From: Microcoleus sp. GA_180221_E-2-1-MAG-45_12
GTDB lineage: Bacteria; Cyanobacteriota; Cyanobacteriia; Cyanobacteriales; JAAUUE01
Direction: 5' to 3'
Length of the DNA stretch: 64,000 bases
NCBI GenBank assembly: GCA_020692245.1
Contig: JAIMKT010000011.1
Coordinates: forward strand, 3,136 to 67,135
In this document: in pieces, positions 9,155 to 19,008 of the stretch
Position numbering within the stretch: the stretch's first letter is position 1
Layout of the letters: each line of letters starts with the position of its first letter
Translations under genes and position numbers: made by a program
Notes under the pieces: generated by a model
What the model saw: the letters and a program-made list of their open reading frames with translations, nothing else
What the model was told of the DNA's origin: nothing
The model's database searches: none

Positions 9155-9817
9155 ATGGGATATAACAAAGGTGACAGCTATGAGCAAAATATTTTCTATT
9201 TATTAGCTGCAAAACAATTAATCAACACAAATTCAATTAGGGCTGGTGCTAGTAATTTAACAGACATTAAATTTCTATACAATCTTCAAGAATATAATCT
9301 AGAGGTTAAACTCGATCTTGAAGCTGATTATGGACAGAAAATGTTGAAGTGGAAAGAAGGGGTGTGGAGTTGGTGTGTTGATGATTCTGTAACATTATTT
9401 TATACTTCTGTTGGAGTTTTAGATATTATTAACAGTAAAAACTTCATTCCGAATCGATATTCCATTCCCAAAGATGAAATCACTGCACAACAGAAAAACC
9501 AAGATCAGAAAGCTTTTGAAGATAAAATAGATATCGATATTAATAGTTTGTACGATTTCTATGGTAATAAAAACTGTTATTACATTCAGATTGGAGGATT
9601 TGGATTCTACCATCTCAAGCAAGATATTCTCTCATTAGGTACACCAAGATTTGATTGTAAGATGAAATTACGATTAAGAGCTAAAACAATTCATAGCTCA
9701 CCAATATACAAATATGGATTCTATGCAGTTCTTAAGGTTGATAAACAGGGAAAACCCAAAAAATCTTGGTATGACATTGAAGAAAAAGATGGGCGTATCT
9801 TTCCACCGATAATTTAA
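9155..9817 (+). CDS. hypothetical protein, candidate PD-(D/E)XK type II restriction endonuclease
   Basis: The spacing D37...E50-V-K52 (TDIKFLYNLQEYNLEVKLD) fits the PD-(D/E)XK core. The gene is AT-rich, contains no CGATCG, and converges on two C5 methyltransferase genes. The function is inferred from the motif and context only. Confidence 0.4.
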   Translation: MGYNKGDSYEQNIFYLLAAKQLINTNSIRAGASNLTDIKFLYNLQEYNLEVKLDLEADYGQKMLKWKEGVWSWCVDDSVTLFYTSVGVLDIINSKNFIPNRYSIPKDEITAQQKNQDQKAFEDKIDIDINSLYDFYGNKNCYYIQIGGFGFYHLKQDILSLGTPRFDCKMKLRLRAKTIHSSPIYKYGFYAVLKVDKQGKPKKSWYDIEEKDGRIFPPII

Positions 9818-9836
9818 CTTTATAGTTATTTATAAT

Positions 9837-11003
9837 TCAAAATAATGTAAGTTGTCTAGATTTATTAAACTTACTTTCTTTATAAGAAAAAGCTCTGGCT
9901 CTAATAGATTGTATATCTTCAATAGATGTAGTTTCTTCCATATGATTCTTCCTAGAATCTAAAGCAAGGATTGACTCCCCAAGAGCTTTGGCAAGAAGTG
10001 GCGGGACAGCATTGCCGATTTGTCGCCATTGTTGAGTTAGAGTCCCACAGAAAAAATAGTTAGCTGGAAAAGATTGAATGGCAGCAGCTTCTCTGGCAGT
10101 TAAATAGCGATTTTCAACTGGATGATAATAAGTTGTGCGACTAGTATTAATTGTATTGGCACAATCATTGCGATCGAGTCTGTTTAACTTTGCTTCTCTA
10201 AATCTCTCTTCATAAATACTTGACCAATCGACATCAAACCAGAGTCTTTCAGGTAAATACATGAGTTGATCTTTTTCATACCTTACACTTTTTCCCTCTG
10301 GAATATGGCTGATCCGTTCTTTTTCTAAACTATTAGCAATCTGCGATCGATCAATATCATGATTGAGTTTTTCACCATTTGTTTCTAGTAAATTTTCAAA
10401 AGCCCACACCACAGTTCTCGGTAGGGGCAAATCTTGATGATCTTGCTCTGAATCCCTAAACATTTTATCTGGATAAAGATTTTTAACACCAAAACGATTG
10501 CCTAAAAATATTGTCCGCCTTCTTTTTTCGGGAACTCCATAATGATGGGCAGAAAGAACTTTGACATCAATGGTATAACCCAAATCTGTAAAGCTAGTGA
10601 TTATTTTTTTTAAGACATTTTCATTCCTTTTTGATAATAGTCCTGTTACATTTTCGACAATGATATAATCCGGTGCTAATGCTTCCACAATTCTCAGAAA
10701 TTCAAGAAACAAAAAATTGCGTTCATCCTGACAATCATTTTGTCCAATAGTAGAAAATCCTTGACAAGGTGGCCCGCCACAAATCAAGTCGACTTTTTGA
10801 TATTCAATAATTGCTTGAATTTGTTGGTTAGATATCTCCCGAATATCACCAGCGATCGATGGCACTTGGGGATGATTATACTGAAAAGTCTCAATAGCAG
10901 CTCGATCGTGATCAATACCTAGCAAACAGTTCCAGCCAGCCATTTGCAATCCACAGGACATGCCACCTGCACCAGAGAACAAATCTATAAAGGTCTTTTT
11001 CAT
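9837..11003 (-). CDS. DNA (cytosine-5)-methyltransferase
   Basis: Motif I is FSGAGGMSCGL, motif IV GGPPCQGFS, motif VI VENVTGL, motif VIII EKRRRTIFLG and motif X IGNAVPP. Confidence 0.9.
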   Translation of the reverse strand: MKKTFIDLFSGAGGMSCGLQMAGWNCLLGIDHDRAAIETFQYNHPQVPSIAGDIREISNQQIQAIIEYQKVDLICGGPPCQGFSTIGQNDCQDERNFLFLEFLRIVEALAPDYIIVENVTGLLSKRNENVLKKIITSFTDLGYTIDVKVLSAHHYGVPEKRRRTIFLGNRFGVKNLYPDKMFRDSEQDHQDLPLPRTVVWAFENLLETNGEKLNHDIDRSQIANSLEKERISHIPEGKSVRYEKDQLMYLPERLWFDVDWSSIYEERFREAKLNRLDRNDCANTINTSRTTYYHPVENRYLTAREAAAIQSFPANYFFCGTLTQQWRQIGNAVPPLLAKALGESILALDSRKNHMEETTSIEDIQSIRARAFSYKESKFNKSRQLTLF

Positions 11004-11035
11004 GATTTTGCAATGTAGTTAATAGGTGGAGTGAG

Positions 11036-12079
11036 CTATCTAAAACATTTATCAAACTTTAGATATCTATTTCTACTTTTATTATCAATATCAAGTTGTA
11101 ATTTAATTGCTTTAGCTAAAGCATAGCCGAGATTTACAGGCACAGCATTGCCAATCATTTTGTATCCATGAGCCAAATTTTTATAATAGAAATTAAAATT
11201 ATCAGGAAATGTTTGAATTCTAGCACATTCTCTAACTGATAATCTTCGATAAGAACTTGGTGAATTAGGATCAAACATCCATTGATCTTTGCCTACCCAA
11301 ATCATTTTATTAGCTTGGGGATGAATTGGTGCATGACGACCTCCCGCTTGGATTGTGAAAGATGGCTCATCCCAGTTATGTACCCGATTGCGAGACATAT
11401 ATATACTTGAAAATCCCCCAATCATATACTCATGGTTATTTACTAAACAGGTTTCCCCATTTGTCTTGCAGGTTGGTAAAGCAGGAATTGCTGATTCTCG
11501 TAAATCCCAAATTGCATCTTTAAGAGTTGGAATATATAAGAATTTCTGGACTAAATTAAAATCAAACTGCTTATTTAAATCTGTATGATAACCAATAAAA
11601 ATTACCCGTTTTCTTTCTTGGGGAACATTGTAATTCTTGGCATTTAACAAAGTAAAAGAGACATTGTAGCCAGCTTCTTCTAAGGCAGCAATGATATTCC
11701 CAAAAGCTTGTTGATGTTTTTTATGCATCATTCCTGACACATTTTCAGCTAAAAAGAATCGAGGCTGTTTATCCTTGAGAATACGAATATATTCTAGAAA
11801 TAGCTGTCCACGCGCATCATCAATTCCCTTTTGTGTACCCCCTTCACTCCAACTTTGGCAAGGTGGCCCCCCAATAATTCCCAAACAATCTGGAATTTCT
11901 TCTGAGGCAATTTTGCGGATATCCCGACGATCGAGGACAGTATCTCCATGATTGCTTTCATAGGTTTCCCAAATATCTTTGTCATATTCATTAGCCCACG
12001 TGACATTAAAGCCCGCTTGCCGAAAGCCTAAATCTAAACCGCCACAACCTGAGAATAAAGCTATTACTGATTCGTTCAT
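11036..12079 (-). CDS. DNA (cytosine-5)-methyltransferase, M.HaeIII-like (probably GGCC)
   Basis: Motifs seen: FSGCGGLDLGF, GGPPCQSWSEGG, FLAENVSGM, QERKRVIFIGY and GNAVPV. The variable region NHEYMIGGFSSIYMSRNRVHNWDEPSFTIQAGGRHAPIHPQA closely resembles the M.HaeIII target-recognition region as I remember it. Confidence 0.85.
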   Translation of the reverse strand: MNESVIALFSGCGGLDLGFRQAGFNVTWANEYDKDIWETYESNHGDTVLDRRDIRKIASEEIPDCLGIIGGPPCQSWSEGGTQKGIDDARGQLFLEYIRILKDKQPRFFLAENVSGMMHKKHQQAFGNIIAALEEAGYNVSFTLLNAKNYNVPQERKRVIFIGYHTDLNKQFDFNLVQKFLYIPTLKDAIWDLRESAIPALPTCKTNGETCLVNNHEYMIGGFSSIYMSRNRVHNWDEPSFTIQAGGRHAPIHPQANKMIWVGKDQWMFDPNSPSSYRRLSVRECARIQTFPDNFNFYYKNLAHGYKMIGNAVPVNLGYALAKAIKLQLDIDNKSRNRYLKFDKCFR

Positions 12080-12156
12080 AGGTTTATTAAAAAGAAAGCC
12101 TGTATATCTCAGAGCATCATGATATTTTAAGACGGATTGCCTACGAACAGTGTTGC

Positions 12157-12462
12157 TTATAATTTGCCTTCGACTTTGGCATTGAAACCATAAACCTCCC
12201 GGCTGCCAGCGTAGGGGACAAGATTCACTGTTTTTGTGTCTCCCGGTTCAAAACGTACCGCCGTTCCTGCTGGAATATCTAGGCGCATTCCCTTCGTTGC
12301 TTCTCGATCGAACTCTAGAGCCTCATTTACCTCATAAAAATGATAATGGGAACCCACCTGCACCGTCCGATCGCCCCCGTTCGCCACCTCGATCGTCAGC
12401 ACAGGTTTCCCCGCATTTAGCTCAATATCCCCTTCTAAAGTAACAATTTCTCCCGGTATCAT
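12157..12462 (-). CDS. ureB: urease subunit beta
   Basis: MIPGEI...[17 protein letters not shown]...FDR...[17 protein letters not shown] is the canonical UreB sequence. Confidence 0.95.
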   Translation of the reverse strand: MIPGEIVTLEGDIELNAGKPVLTIEVANGGDRTVQVGSHYHFYEVNEALEFDREATKGMRLDIPAGTAVRFEPGDTKTVNLVPYAGSREVYGFNAKVEGKL

Positions 12463-12506
12463 AGCGGAAACTCCTTATCGATTAGTTTTAATAACTAGTT
12501 AAAATT

Positions 12507-12548
12507 GTAGACTTTGTTCTTGTAGTTGCGACTTTAGTCGCCAGAAAA
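12507..12548 (-). repeat. small dispersed repeat (GCGACTAAAGTCGC hairpin + ACTACAAGAA family), copy 1
   Basis: The reverse complement TTTTCTGGCGACTAAAGTCGCAACTACAAGAACAAAGTCTAC matches 18733-18785. It sits in the ureA-ureB spacer. Confidence 0.6.
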
Positions 12549-12557
12549 TTGCAAGAC

Positions 12558-12860
12558 TTAGCGAATAGGATTGTGGACGGTAACTAGTTTTGTGCCATCA
12601 GGAAAAGTTGCCTCTACCTGCACTTCGTGGAGCATATCAGCGATCCCCGGCATCACATCTTCCTGCGTTAACAGCGTTGTGCCGTAGCTCATCAACTGTG
12701 CCACCGTTTGTCCATCCCGTGCGCCTTCGAGGACTGCCGCCGAAATGTAGGCAACTGCTTCGGGATAATTTAGCTTTAAGCCCCGATTTTTCCGCCGTTC
12801 CGCCACTAGGGCAGCAGTGAAAATTAGTAACTTATCCTTTTCTTGGGGTGATAATTGCAT
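12558..12860 (-). CDS. ureA: urease subunit gamma
   Basis: [39 protein letters not shown]... is the canonical UreA sequence. Confidence 0.95.
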   Translation of the reverse strand: MQLSPQEKDKLLIFTAALVAERRKNRGLKLNYPEAVAYISAAVLEGARDGQTVAQLMSYGTTLLTQEDVMPGIADMLHEVQVEATFPDGTKLVTVHNPIR

Positions 12861-13180
12861 TTTCTGTAGTATTTAAGGTGTCCTATTGAGGAATATTGAG
12901 AAATAGCTAGAAATCGCTGCAAAGGTTTAGTTTTATTCGTTAACAAGCAGCAGATTTTCCTGTAACCATAAACCCATAGAAACTATCAATCTTGTTCAGA
13001 TTTAAGCATGAATTTATTATTTAGCCAATAGTAGCGGAGATTGACCCGAAATTCTGAGTATCTGGGGAAAATTGAGCATAAAAAAATCCCCCTATGAATG
13101 AGCATGAGGGAGATTTGGATAAATTAATTACGGTTTAATTGCAGTTTGATTTTAGCCATGTAACTTTAGTTATCTAGTTT

Positions 13181-13882
13181 TTAGACTGCGGCTAATTCTG
13201 GGCGCTTGCTGTGGCGGATGCCCTCGATCGCTTCCCGGTAATCTTTGGCTTTGAATACTGCCGAACCTGCCACGATCGCATTAGCCCCTGCCTCTAGCAC
13301 CTGCCAAGTATTGTTACCTTTCAAGCCTCCGTCTACTTCAATCCAAGGGTTAAAACCCCGTTCATCACACATGGCTCTGAGTTTGCGAATCTTCGGTACA
13401 GCACTAGGGATAAAGCTTTGTCCCCCAAAGCCGGGGTTAACACTCATAATCAGGATCAGATCACACAAATCCAGAACATTTTCAATTAACTCTAGGGGTG
13501 TGCCGGGATTGAGAACAACTCCAGCCTTTTTGCCCAATTCCCGAATTTGTCCGAGGGTACGGTGCAGGTGAGGAGAAGCGTTGTGTTCGGCATGGACGGA
13601 GATAATATCAGCCCCAGCCTTGGCAAAATCTTCCACATACTTTTCTGGTTCCACAATCATCAGGTGGACATCCAAGGGCTTTTTGGTTACAGGACGAATG
13701 GCTTCTACAATCAAGGGGCCGATCGTGATATTGGGGACAAACCGACCATCCATCACATCGACGTGGATCCAATCGGCTCCGGCTTCATCCACAGCCCGGA
13801 TTTCATCACCAAGACGGCTAAAGTCAGCAGAAAGAATGGAAGGAGAGATAACAATTTGGTTGGGCTGGGGTGCTTGGGGCAT
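13181..13882 (-). CDS. rpe: ribulose-phosphate 3-epimerase
   Basis: [14 protein letters not shown]...[17 protein letters not shown]...[13 protein letters not shown] is the canonical Rpe sequence. Confidence 0.95.
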   Translation of the reverse strand: MPQAPQPNQIVISPSILSADFSRLGDEIRAVDEAGADWIHVDVMDGRFVPNITIGPLIVEAIRPVTKKPLDVHLMIVEPEKYVEDFAKAGADIISVHAEHNASPHLHRTLGQIRELGKKAGVVLNPGTPLELIENVLDLCDLILIMSVNPGFGGQSFIPSAVPKIRKLRAMCDERGFNPWIEVDGGLKGNNTWQVLEAGANAIVAGSAVFKAKDYREAIEGIRHSKRPELAAV

Positions 13883-13987
13883 GGCTAAGTAATAACTCCG
13901 ATAAGTTTTTCTTAATATTTTGTATTGATATTATCAGAATTCTATCAAGAAACTGGGATCATTAGCGAAAATATAGACAATCGTAGA

Positions 13988-16639
13988 TTAATCTGCCATA
14001 AACAAGAGTTTGCCGATCGCCCTTAGTTCAGCCGTAGGTGTTGTCGTTAAATTTTGTCGCCACCGGAAATAGAGTTCCTGCGATCGATCCAATCTCAAAG
14101 TTAAACCCAACTCCTGACTTACCAGTAATAATCGTTGTAAATAGGGGGCTGTCATGGCTGGTGGCAAAACTTGACATTGGTTCTGGGATGAATTGAAAGA
14201 TTGAGGAGCAGCTTCTTCCGGATAAAGAAGTTCCCACAAACCCTGCCACACCAGTTGTTCAAGGATTGGTTGGACTTCAATGATATTTAATCGGCAATGT
14301 AAGAGTTTAGATTCCTTGGCGATCGCCTCCAGTTCTCCCAACCACACCTGCTCCGTCTCAGCATTAACTAGGGATTGCACCCCGTTAATCACTCGATGGG
14401 ACAGGGCAACTTCTGCCGCCACTTGCAACTCTGGCGGTGGGGGCAGATCATCTCGATGGAACGCCATCAGCACCCCGTAGTTATCCCGGTACGCCTGAGT
14501 ATAAAGCTGATCCAATCGATTAATGGTTTCTGTCGTCAACAAGCCCATAATCCGGTGGCGTTCTTCTGCCAAGAGGTCTTGTAAACCGTAGGACTTACTA
14601 TTAGCAAATAGTCGATTCATTTCCAGAATTACGATCCCCGCACTGCCTCCTTGGAGAGTAGCAAACAAATCTGTCTTAATTTGGCTGTAGGCGAGTCGAC
14701 CTTCAAAGGGTTGGAGACAACAGTGGAAATCCCAGCCGCCTAAGTGTAAGACCGCAAAGACTAAGTGACTGCTTTCTAGGGTAATCTCCGAAGTAAGCTG
14801 AAGCTGCCCCACCGCAAGGGTTAAAACTCCCAGACGTTGCATTTGCCAGTCTTGCTGTTCAACTTTGTAGCAATAAACTTGCTTGGATTCTTGGAAGGTT
14901 GAGGAGGGAAAAAGGGAGCTAATGGCATACTGGGCAGCGACTTGAGTGAAATCCACCACTGCCGTCGTTACCAATTCCTCATAGATTTTGGCTCCATCAT
15001 GGAATTGATCCACATTGCTGGGGGCAGCTTGTAACTGCTGGACAAATTTCTGTTCTAGCTGGACTCCCGCCACATCTCCGGCAAGCTCGATCGCCCTCGC
15101 TGCATAACGCAGGATTTGAACACCTTCCGGGCGAGAAATTTCTTCAAAAAACCAACCGCAACTGGTAAACATCAACAGGGCGTGGCGTTGCATTTCCAAC
15201 AAGCGGAGGGCATCGATCTGAGCCAAGGGGCTGAGGGGAACAGGGCAGTGGGTGGCAAAAAATTTCTCAACATTCTGGGGGGAGCGATCGCCAATTACCC
15301 GGATATACTCATCCCGTGCTTGCCACACATCCCGAAATAGCTTGCTGCCCTCGGTTTCATAGACTTTAGTTAACTGATCTCGCAGCCAATTCAACGAAGT
15401 TCTTAGGGGTTTCCGCCATTTTTGATGCCAAGTGCCACCACCGCCACAACCACAGTCATCCTGCCAGCGATCGACCCCATGGGCGCAACTCCAAGCCGTC
15501 ACTGGTTTTAATTCCACTTCCCATTCTGGAGGATGGAGAGTTAGATAATGGGCAAAGTTTGTCACCTGCCAACCCCGACTAGTAAATTCGTGGGTAAAAG
15601 CGTAGGCAAGGCATTTTTCCGCTCCGCCCTTGTGATGACCAAAGGTTTCCCCATCGGTAGCTACCGCAATCAACTGGTGGGGACGGTGATCTCCCCGCAC
15701 TGCCTGCCCAATGCGCCCGGTGAGGAAATAGGAATTAGTCAACACATCACTGAAGCCCATGTCTCTGGAAATGGGCCCATCATAGAAAAAGATATCGATC
15801 GAAGCACTCCGATCTTGGAGATAGCAGCGATAGGGGCGGGTGGGATCAATCTGGGAACCACCAACTTCTTGCCAAGATTCTGGGTTCTCATGGTTAGTTA
15901 GGGGACGGCAGCGCTCTGCTTGGGAAGGAGCAAGAATAATAAATTTGATTCCTTCAGCAATTAATACCTCTAGGGTCGGGTAATCTACGGCAGTTTCTGC
16001 TAGCCACATGCCCTCTGGTTCTCGCCCAAACCTCGATCGAAAGTCTTCTTTCCCCCAACGGATCTGGGTATACTTATCCCGTTCGTTGGCAAGGGGCATA
16101 ATAATATGGTTATAGACTTGGGCAATGGCATTCCCGTGACCCAAGCGCTGCTGACTAAGGCGATCGGCTTCAATAATTTTCTCGTAAGTTTCTCGATCGT
16201 AGCGCTCTAGCCAAGATAAAAGGGTTGCCCCGATGTTAAAGCTCAGGTACTCGTAGTTATTAACAATTTTCACCACCTCGCCCCGGTCATTGAAAATTCT
16301 GGCAAAGGCATTGGGACGGTAACATTCATGGTGAATCCGTTCATTCCAGTCGTGGAAAGGAGCAGCACTAGGCTGGCGCTCAACGGCATCAAGGTAGGGA
16401 TTTTCCCTAGGAGGCTGATAAAAATGCCCGTGGACGGTGACAAAAACCCCTGTAGCAACTTCTGGGGATGTATTAGTTCCGGCTGTGGAGTGGAGGGCGA
16501 TCGAGTCCTGACCTTGAGTTTTGAGGTGATCATTAATCTGATCATGAACTTGCTGACCAATATCACTAGACAGTTCTGCCTCTCTGGTAGTTGTAGCGTC
16601 GGCACTCAAGTCTAGGGTGGAAAAATTCTGATGGCTCAT
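13988..16639 (-). CDS. glycoside hydrolase family 57 protein (alpha-glucan-active, long cyanobacterial form)
   Basis: It has the HGHFYQPPRENP N-terminal signature and GETFGHH, which are typical of GH57. Confidence 0.8.
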   Translation of the reverse strand: MSHQNFSTLDLSADATTTREAELSSDIGQQVHDQINDHLKTQGQDSIALHSTAGTNTSPEVATGVFVTVHGHFYQPPRENPYLDAVERQPSAAPFHDWNERIHHECYRPNAFARIFNDRGEVVKIVNNYEYLSFNIGATLLSWLERYDRETYEKIIEADRLSQQRLGHGNAIAQVYNHIIMPLANERDKYTQIRWGKEDFRSRFGREPEGMWLAETAVDYPTLEVLIAEGIKFIILAPSQAERCRPLTNHENPESWQEVGGSQIDPTRPYRCYLQDRSASIDIFFYDGPISRDMGFSDVLTNSYFLTGRIGQAVRGDHRPHQLIAVATDGETFGHHKGGAEKCLAYAFTHEFTSRGWQVTNFAHYLTLHPPEWEVELKPVTAWSCAHGVDRWQDDCGCGGGGTWHQKWRKPLRTSLNWLRDQLTKVYETEGSKLFRDVWQARDEYIRVIGDRSPQNVEKFFATHCPVPLSPLAQIDALRLLEMQRHALLMFTSCGWFFEEISRPEGVQILRYAARAIELAGDVAGVQLEQKFVQQLQAAPSNVDQFHDGAKIYEELVTTAVVDFTQVAAQYAISSLFPSSTFQESKQVYCYKVEQQDWQMQRLGVLTLAVGQLQLTSEITLESSHLVFAVLHLGGWDFHCCLQPFEGRLAYSQIKTDLFATLQGGSAGIVILEMNRLFANSKSYGLQDLLAEERHRIMGLLTTETINRLDQLYTQAYRDNYGVLMAFHRDDLPPPPELQVAAEVALSHRVINGVQSLVNAETEQVWLGELEAIAKESKLLHCRLNIIEVQPILEQLVWQGLWELLYPEEAAPQSFNSSQNQCQVLPPAMTAPYLQRLLLVSQELGLTLRLDRSQELYFRWRQNLTTTPTAELRAIGKLLFMAD

Positions 16640-16716
16640 GGCGAAAATAAATGTAGGGCAGAATTGCCAATATTCACAGCATTATTAACCAGCTTTGTCC
16701 TCTAACCCCGATTATT

Positions 16717-17448
16717 TTATATCTTCTTCATATCTTCTCCATTTTTAATAAGAGTAATTTCCATCGGATTTAACTTAACTGCATAATGCTTGAACAGCTT
16801 AATACATATTCTTAACCAGAGAAACCCGATGATATAGCCAGCGATAATATCCGTGGGATAATGTACTCCTAGGTATAGGCGACTCAAGCCAATCAGCGTA
16901 ATGATGACACTAGCAACCCCGTAGATAAGGGGCGATCGAGAAGGATAGCTGCGGGCAAGCAAATAGGCCAAAGAGCCGTACAACACCATCGAACCTAAGG
17001 CATGACCACTAGGGAAACTGTAGGAAGTTTCTTGAATCAAAGACTCCCACAAAGTCGGGCGGGGGCGAGTAAATATTAATTTCAGCCCTTCATTCAGCAA
17101 TACTGCACCAAGGCTAGCGATCGCAAAGAACCCAAATTCTAGAAACTGTTTTTGTCCTAGGAGCCACCCTAAAATAATTACCGATATTGTTATCGCCCCA
17201 ATTGGATTACCCAACTGAGTAATATCCAGCATCAATTGATCTAAAAATGGGCTTGCCCAGTGATGTACCCTCATAAGTAGGGGAGCATCAAAAAAGAAGG
17301 TTTCCTTCTCCCAGACTTCCCAAGACAACCAACTCAGAACTGATAATGCTAGAAAACTAAAGGTTAGTCCTACTAATCTTGTGATTGTTATTTGGGTAGC
17401 AAAATAATTGTAAATGGTAGCAAGTCGATGCTTTGAAGGTGACTTCAT
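16717..17448 (-). CDS. PAP2-family membrane phosphatase
   Basis: The PAP2 motifs are present: K...RPRP, PSGH and SRLYLGVHYPTD. The protein has multiple TM helices. Confidence 0.8.
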   Translation of the reverse strand: MKSPSKHRLATIYNYFATQITITRLVGLTFSFLALSVLSWLSWEVWEKETFFFDAPLLMRVHHWASPFLDQLMLDITQLGNPIGAITISVIILGWLLGQKQFLEFGFFAIASLGAVLLNEGLKLIFTRPRPTLWESLIQETSYSFPSGHALGSMVLYGSLAYLLARSYPSRSPLIYGVASVIITLIGLSRLYLGVHYPTDIIAGYIIGFLWLRICIKLFKHYAVKLNPMEITLIKNGEDMKKI

Positions 17449-17616
17449 AAATTAGCAAGAATTTAGAGCAAACTAAGTATATTTACTTTGGCAAAGATCG
17501 AGAGTTAAATAGAGTCTCTCTAGAGGACTTGGACAGAGGCTTTTAAGTAGCCCCGTTTTTCTGTAAGCTAACAGATACATTTACATAAAATTTGTTATGA
17601 GGAAAAGTATTAAATC

Positions 17617-18675
17617 ATGGTAACAGCAGTAGAAGTACCTCATTTGTTGCGGGCAGCGAGGGGTGAAGTGATCGATCGTCCCCCCGTGTGGATGATGCGT
17701 CAAGCAGGGCGGTATATGCAAGCCTATCGGGAATTGCGGGATAAATATCCAAGTTTTCGGGAGCGTTCAGAGAATCCAGACATCGCCATTGAAATTTCCC
17801 TCCAGCCTTTCCGAGCCTTTGCCCCCGATGGTGTCATTTTATTTTCAGATATTTTAACTCCCTTACCGGGGATCGGTATTCCCTTCGATATCATTGAAAG
17901 TCGGGGCCCTATTATTGATCCTCCCATTCGCAGCCTAGAACAAATAGATAAACTCACCCCCCTAGACCCCGAAACCTCCCTACCCTTCATTCGGCAGATT
18001 CTGCAAACCCTGCGCCGGGAAGTGGGTAATAAAGCAGCAGTTTTGGGTTTTGTGGGCGCACCTTGGACTTTGGCTGCCTATGCGATCGAGGGCAAAAGCT
18101 CTAAGGATTACTCGGTAATTAAAGGCATGGCGTTTTCGGAACCAGAAATTCTCCATAAACTTTTAGGCAAAATTGCAGAGGCGATCGCCGTCTATGTGCG
18201 TTACCAGATTGATTGTGGAGCGCAAGTAATTCAGATGTTTGACTCCTGGGCGGGACAGCTATCTCCCCAAGATTTTGATACCTTCGCTCTGCCCTACCAA
18301 AAACGGGTGGTGGAACTCGTGAAGCAAACCCATCCTGATACACCGTTAATCCTCTACATCAGTGGTTCCGCCGGAGTCCTTGAGCGCATGGGCAAATCTG
18401 GGGTAGATATTATCAGCGTTGACTGGACGGTAGACATGGCGGAGGCTAGAGCGAGATTGGGTAAAAATATCGGGGTGCAAGGCAATATGGATCCCTGTGT
18501 GTTGTTTGGTTCCCAGAGCCTGATCAAAGAGCGCATAGAAGATACTGTGCGCAAAGCTGGCAACATCGGGCATATTCTCAATCTGGGGCATGGAGTCTTA
18601 CCAAAAACCCCGGAAGAAAACGTCCGCTTCTTCTTTGAAACTGCCAAACAAATTAGTTATGCCAAGTTGCGCTAG
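17617..18675 (+). CDS. hemE: uroporphyrinogen decarboxylase
   Basis: [13 protein letters not shown] is present, and the length and layout are typical of HemE. Confidence 0.95.
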   Translation: MVTAVEVPHLLRAARGEVIDRPPVWMMRQAGRYMQAYRELRDKYPSFRERSENPDIAIEISLQPFRAFAPDGVILFSDILTPLPGIGIPFDIIESRGPIIDPPIRSLEQIDKLTPLDPETSLPFIRQILQTLRREVGNKAAVLGFVGAPWTLAAYAIEGKSSKDYSVIKGMAFSEPEILHKLLGKIAEAIAVYVRYQIDCGAQVIQMFDSWAGQLSPQDFDTFALPYQKRVVELVKQTHPDTPLILYISGSAGVLERMGKSGVDIISVDWTVDMAEARARLGKNIGVQGNMDPCVLFGSQSLIKERIEDTVRKAGNIGHILNLGHGVLPKTPEENVRFFFETAKQISYAKLR

Positions 18676-18732
18676 TTGATGGTGTTTCTTTGATTATTTT
18701 TGAGGAGATGATCTTCAAGAATATCTGAAGAG

Positions 18733-18822
18733 TTTCTGGCGACTAAAGAGCGACTAAAGTCGTAACTACAAGAATACAGTCCACGGCTCGACTGAGCATT
18801 GCTAAATGTCCTACGTGGACTG
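18733..18822 (+). repeat. small dispersed repeat, copy 2 (with internal 11-nt duplication and 9-bp inverted repeat)
   Basis: The sequence is TTTCTGGCGACTAAAG[AGCGACTAAAG]TCGTAACTACAAGAATACAGTCCACG. CAGTCCACG (18777-18785) pairs with CGTGGACTG (18814-18822). Confidence 0.6.
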
Positions 18823-19008
18823 CCAAAACTTCGGGCTTACATTTTTAGAATGCCCCAAAAATTACCCTAAAAGCTGTACTGAGTTGCACTAATCCAATAT
18901 TGAGCTACACTTCTAGGAGTTAAACTTCTGGGATTTATTTTGCTAGAGTTAACTTGAACGATTTTTACAAACAATTTTCGTAGCATGGGTTAGGAGTGAG
19001 GAGGAATT

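Noticed and set aside
5831-12079. SNF2 helicase next to methyltransferases as a DISARM/BREX-like defence system
   Set aside because: No DrmA/DrmB/DrmC, PglZ, PglX or BrxC-like genes are present. The helicase has native composition and CGATCG density while the methylase island is AT-rich, so the adjacency looks accidental.
12157-12860. ureA-ureB without ureC downstream as evidence that the R-M island displaced ureC
   Set aside because: Urease structural genes are often scattered in cyanobacterial genomes (in Synechocystis, for example). The absence of ureC here is not evidence of disruption without comparison genomes.
13245-13892. Three plus-strand ORFs (103-113 aa) opposite rpe, and similar antisense ORFs opposite GH57, hemE, metH, the ABC genes and others
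   Set aside because: They are embedded antisense to strongly recognisable genes and have Arg/Ser/Pro-rich low-quality composition with no motifs. They are typical shadow ORFs.
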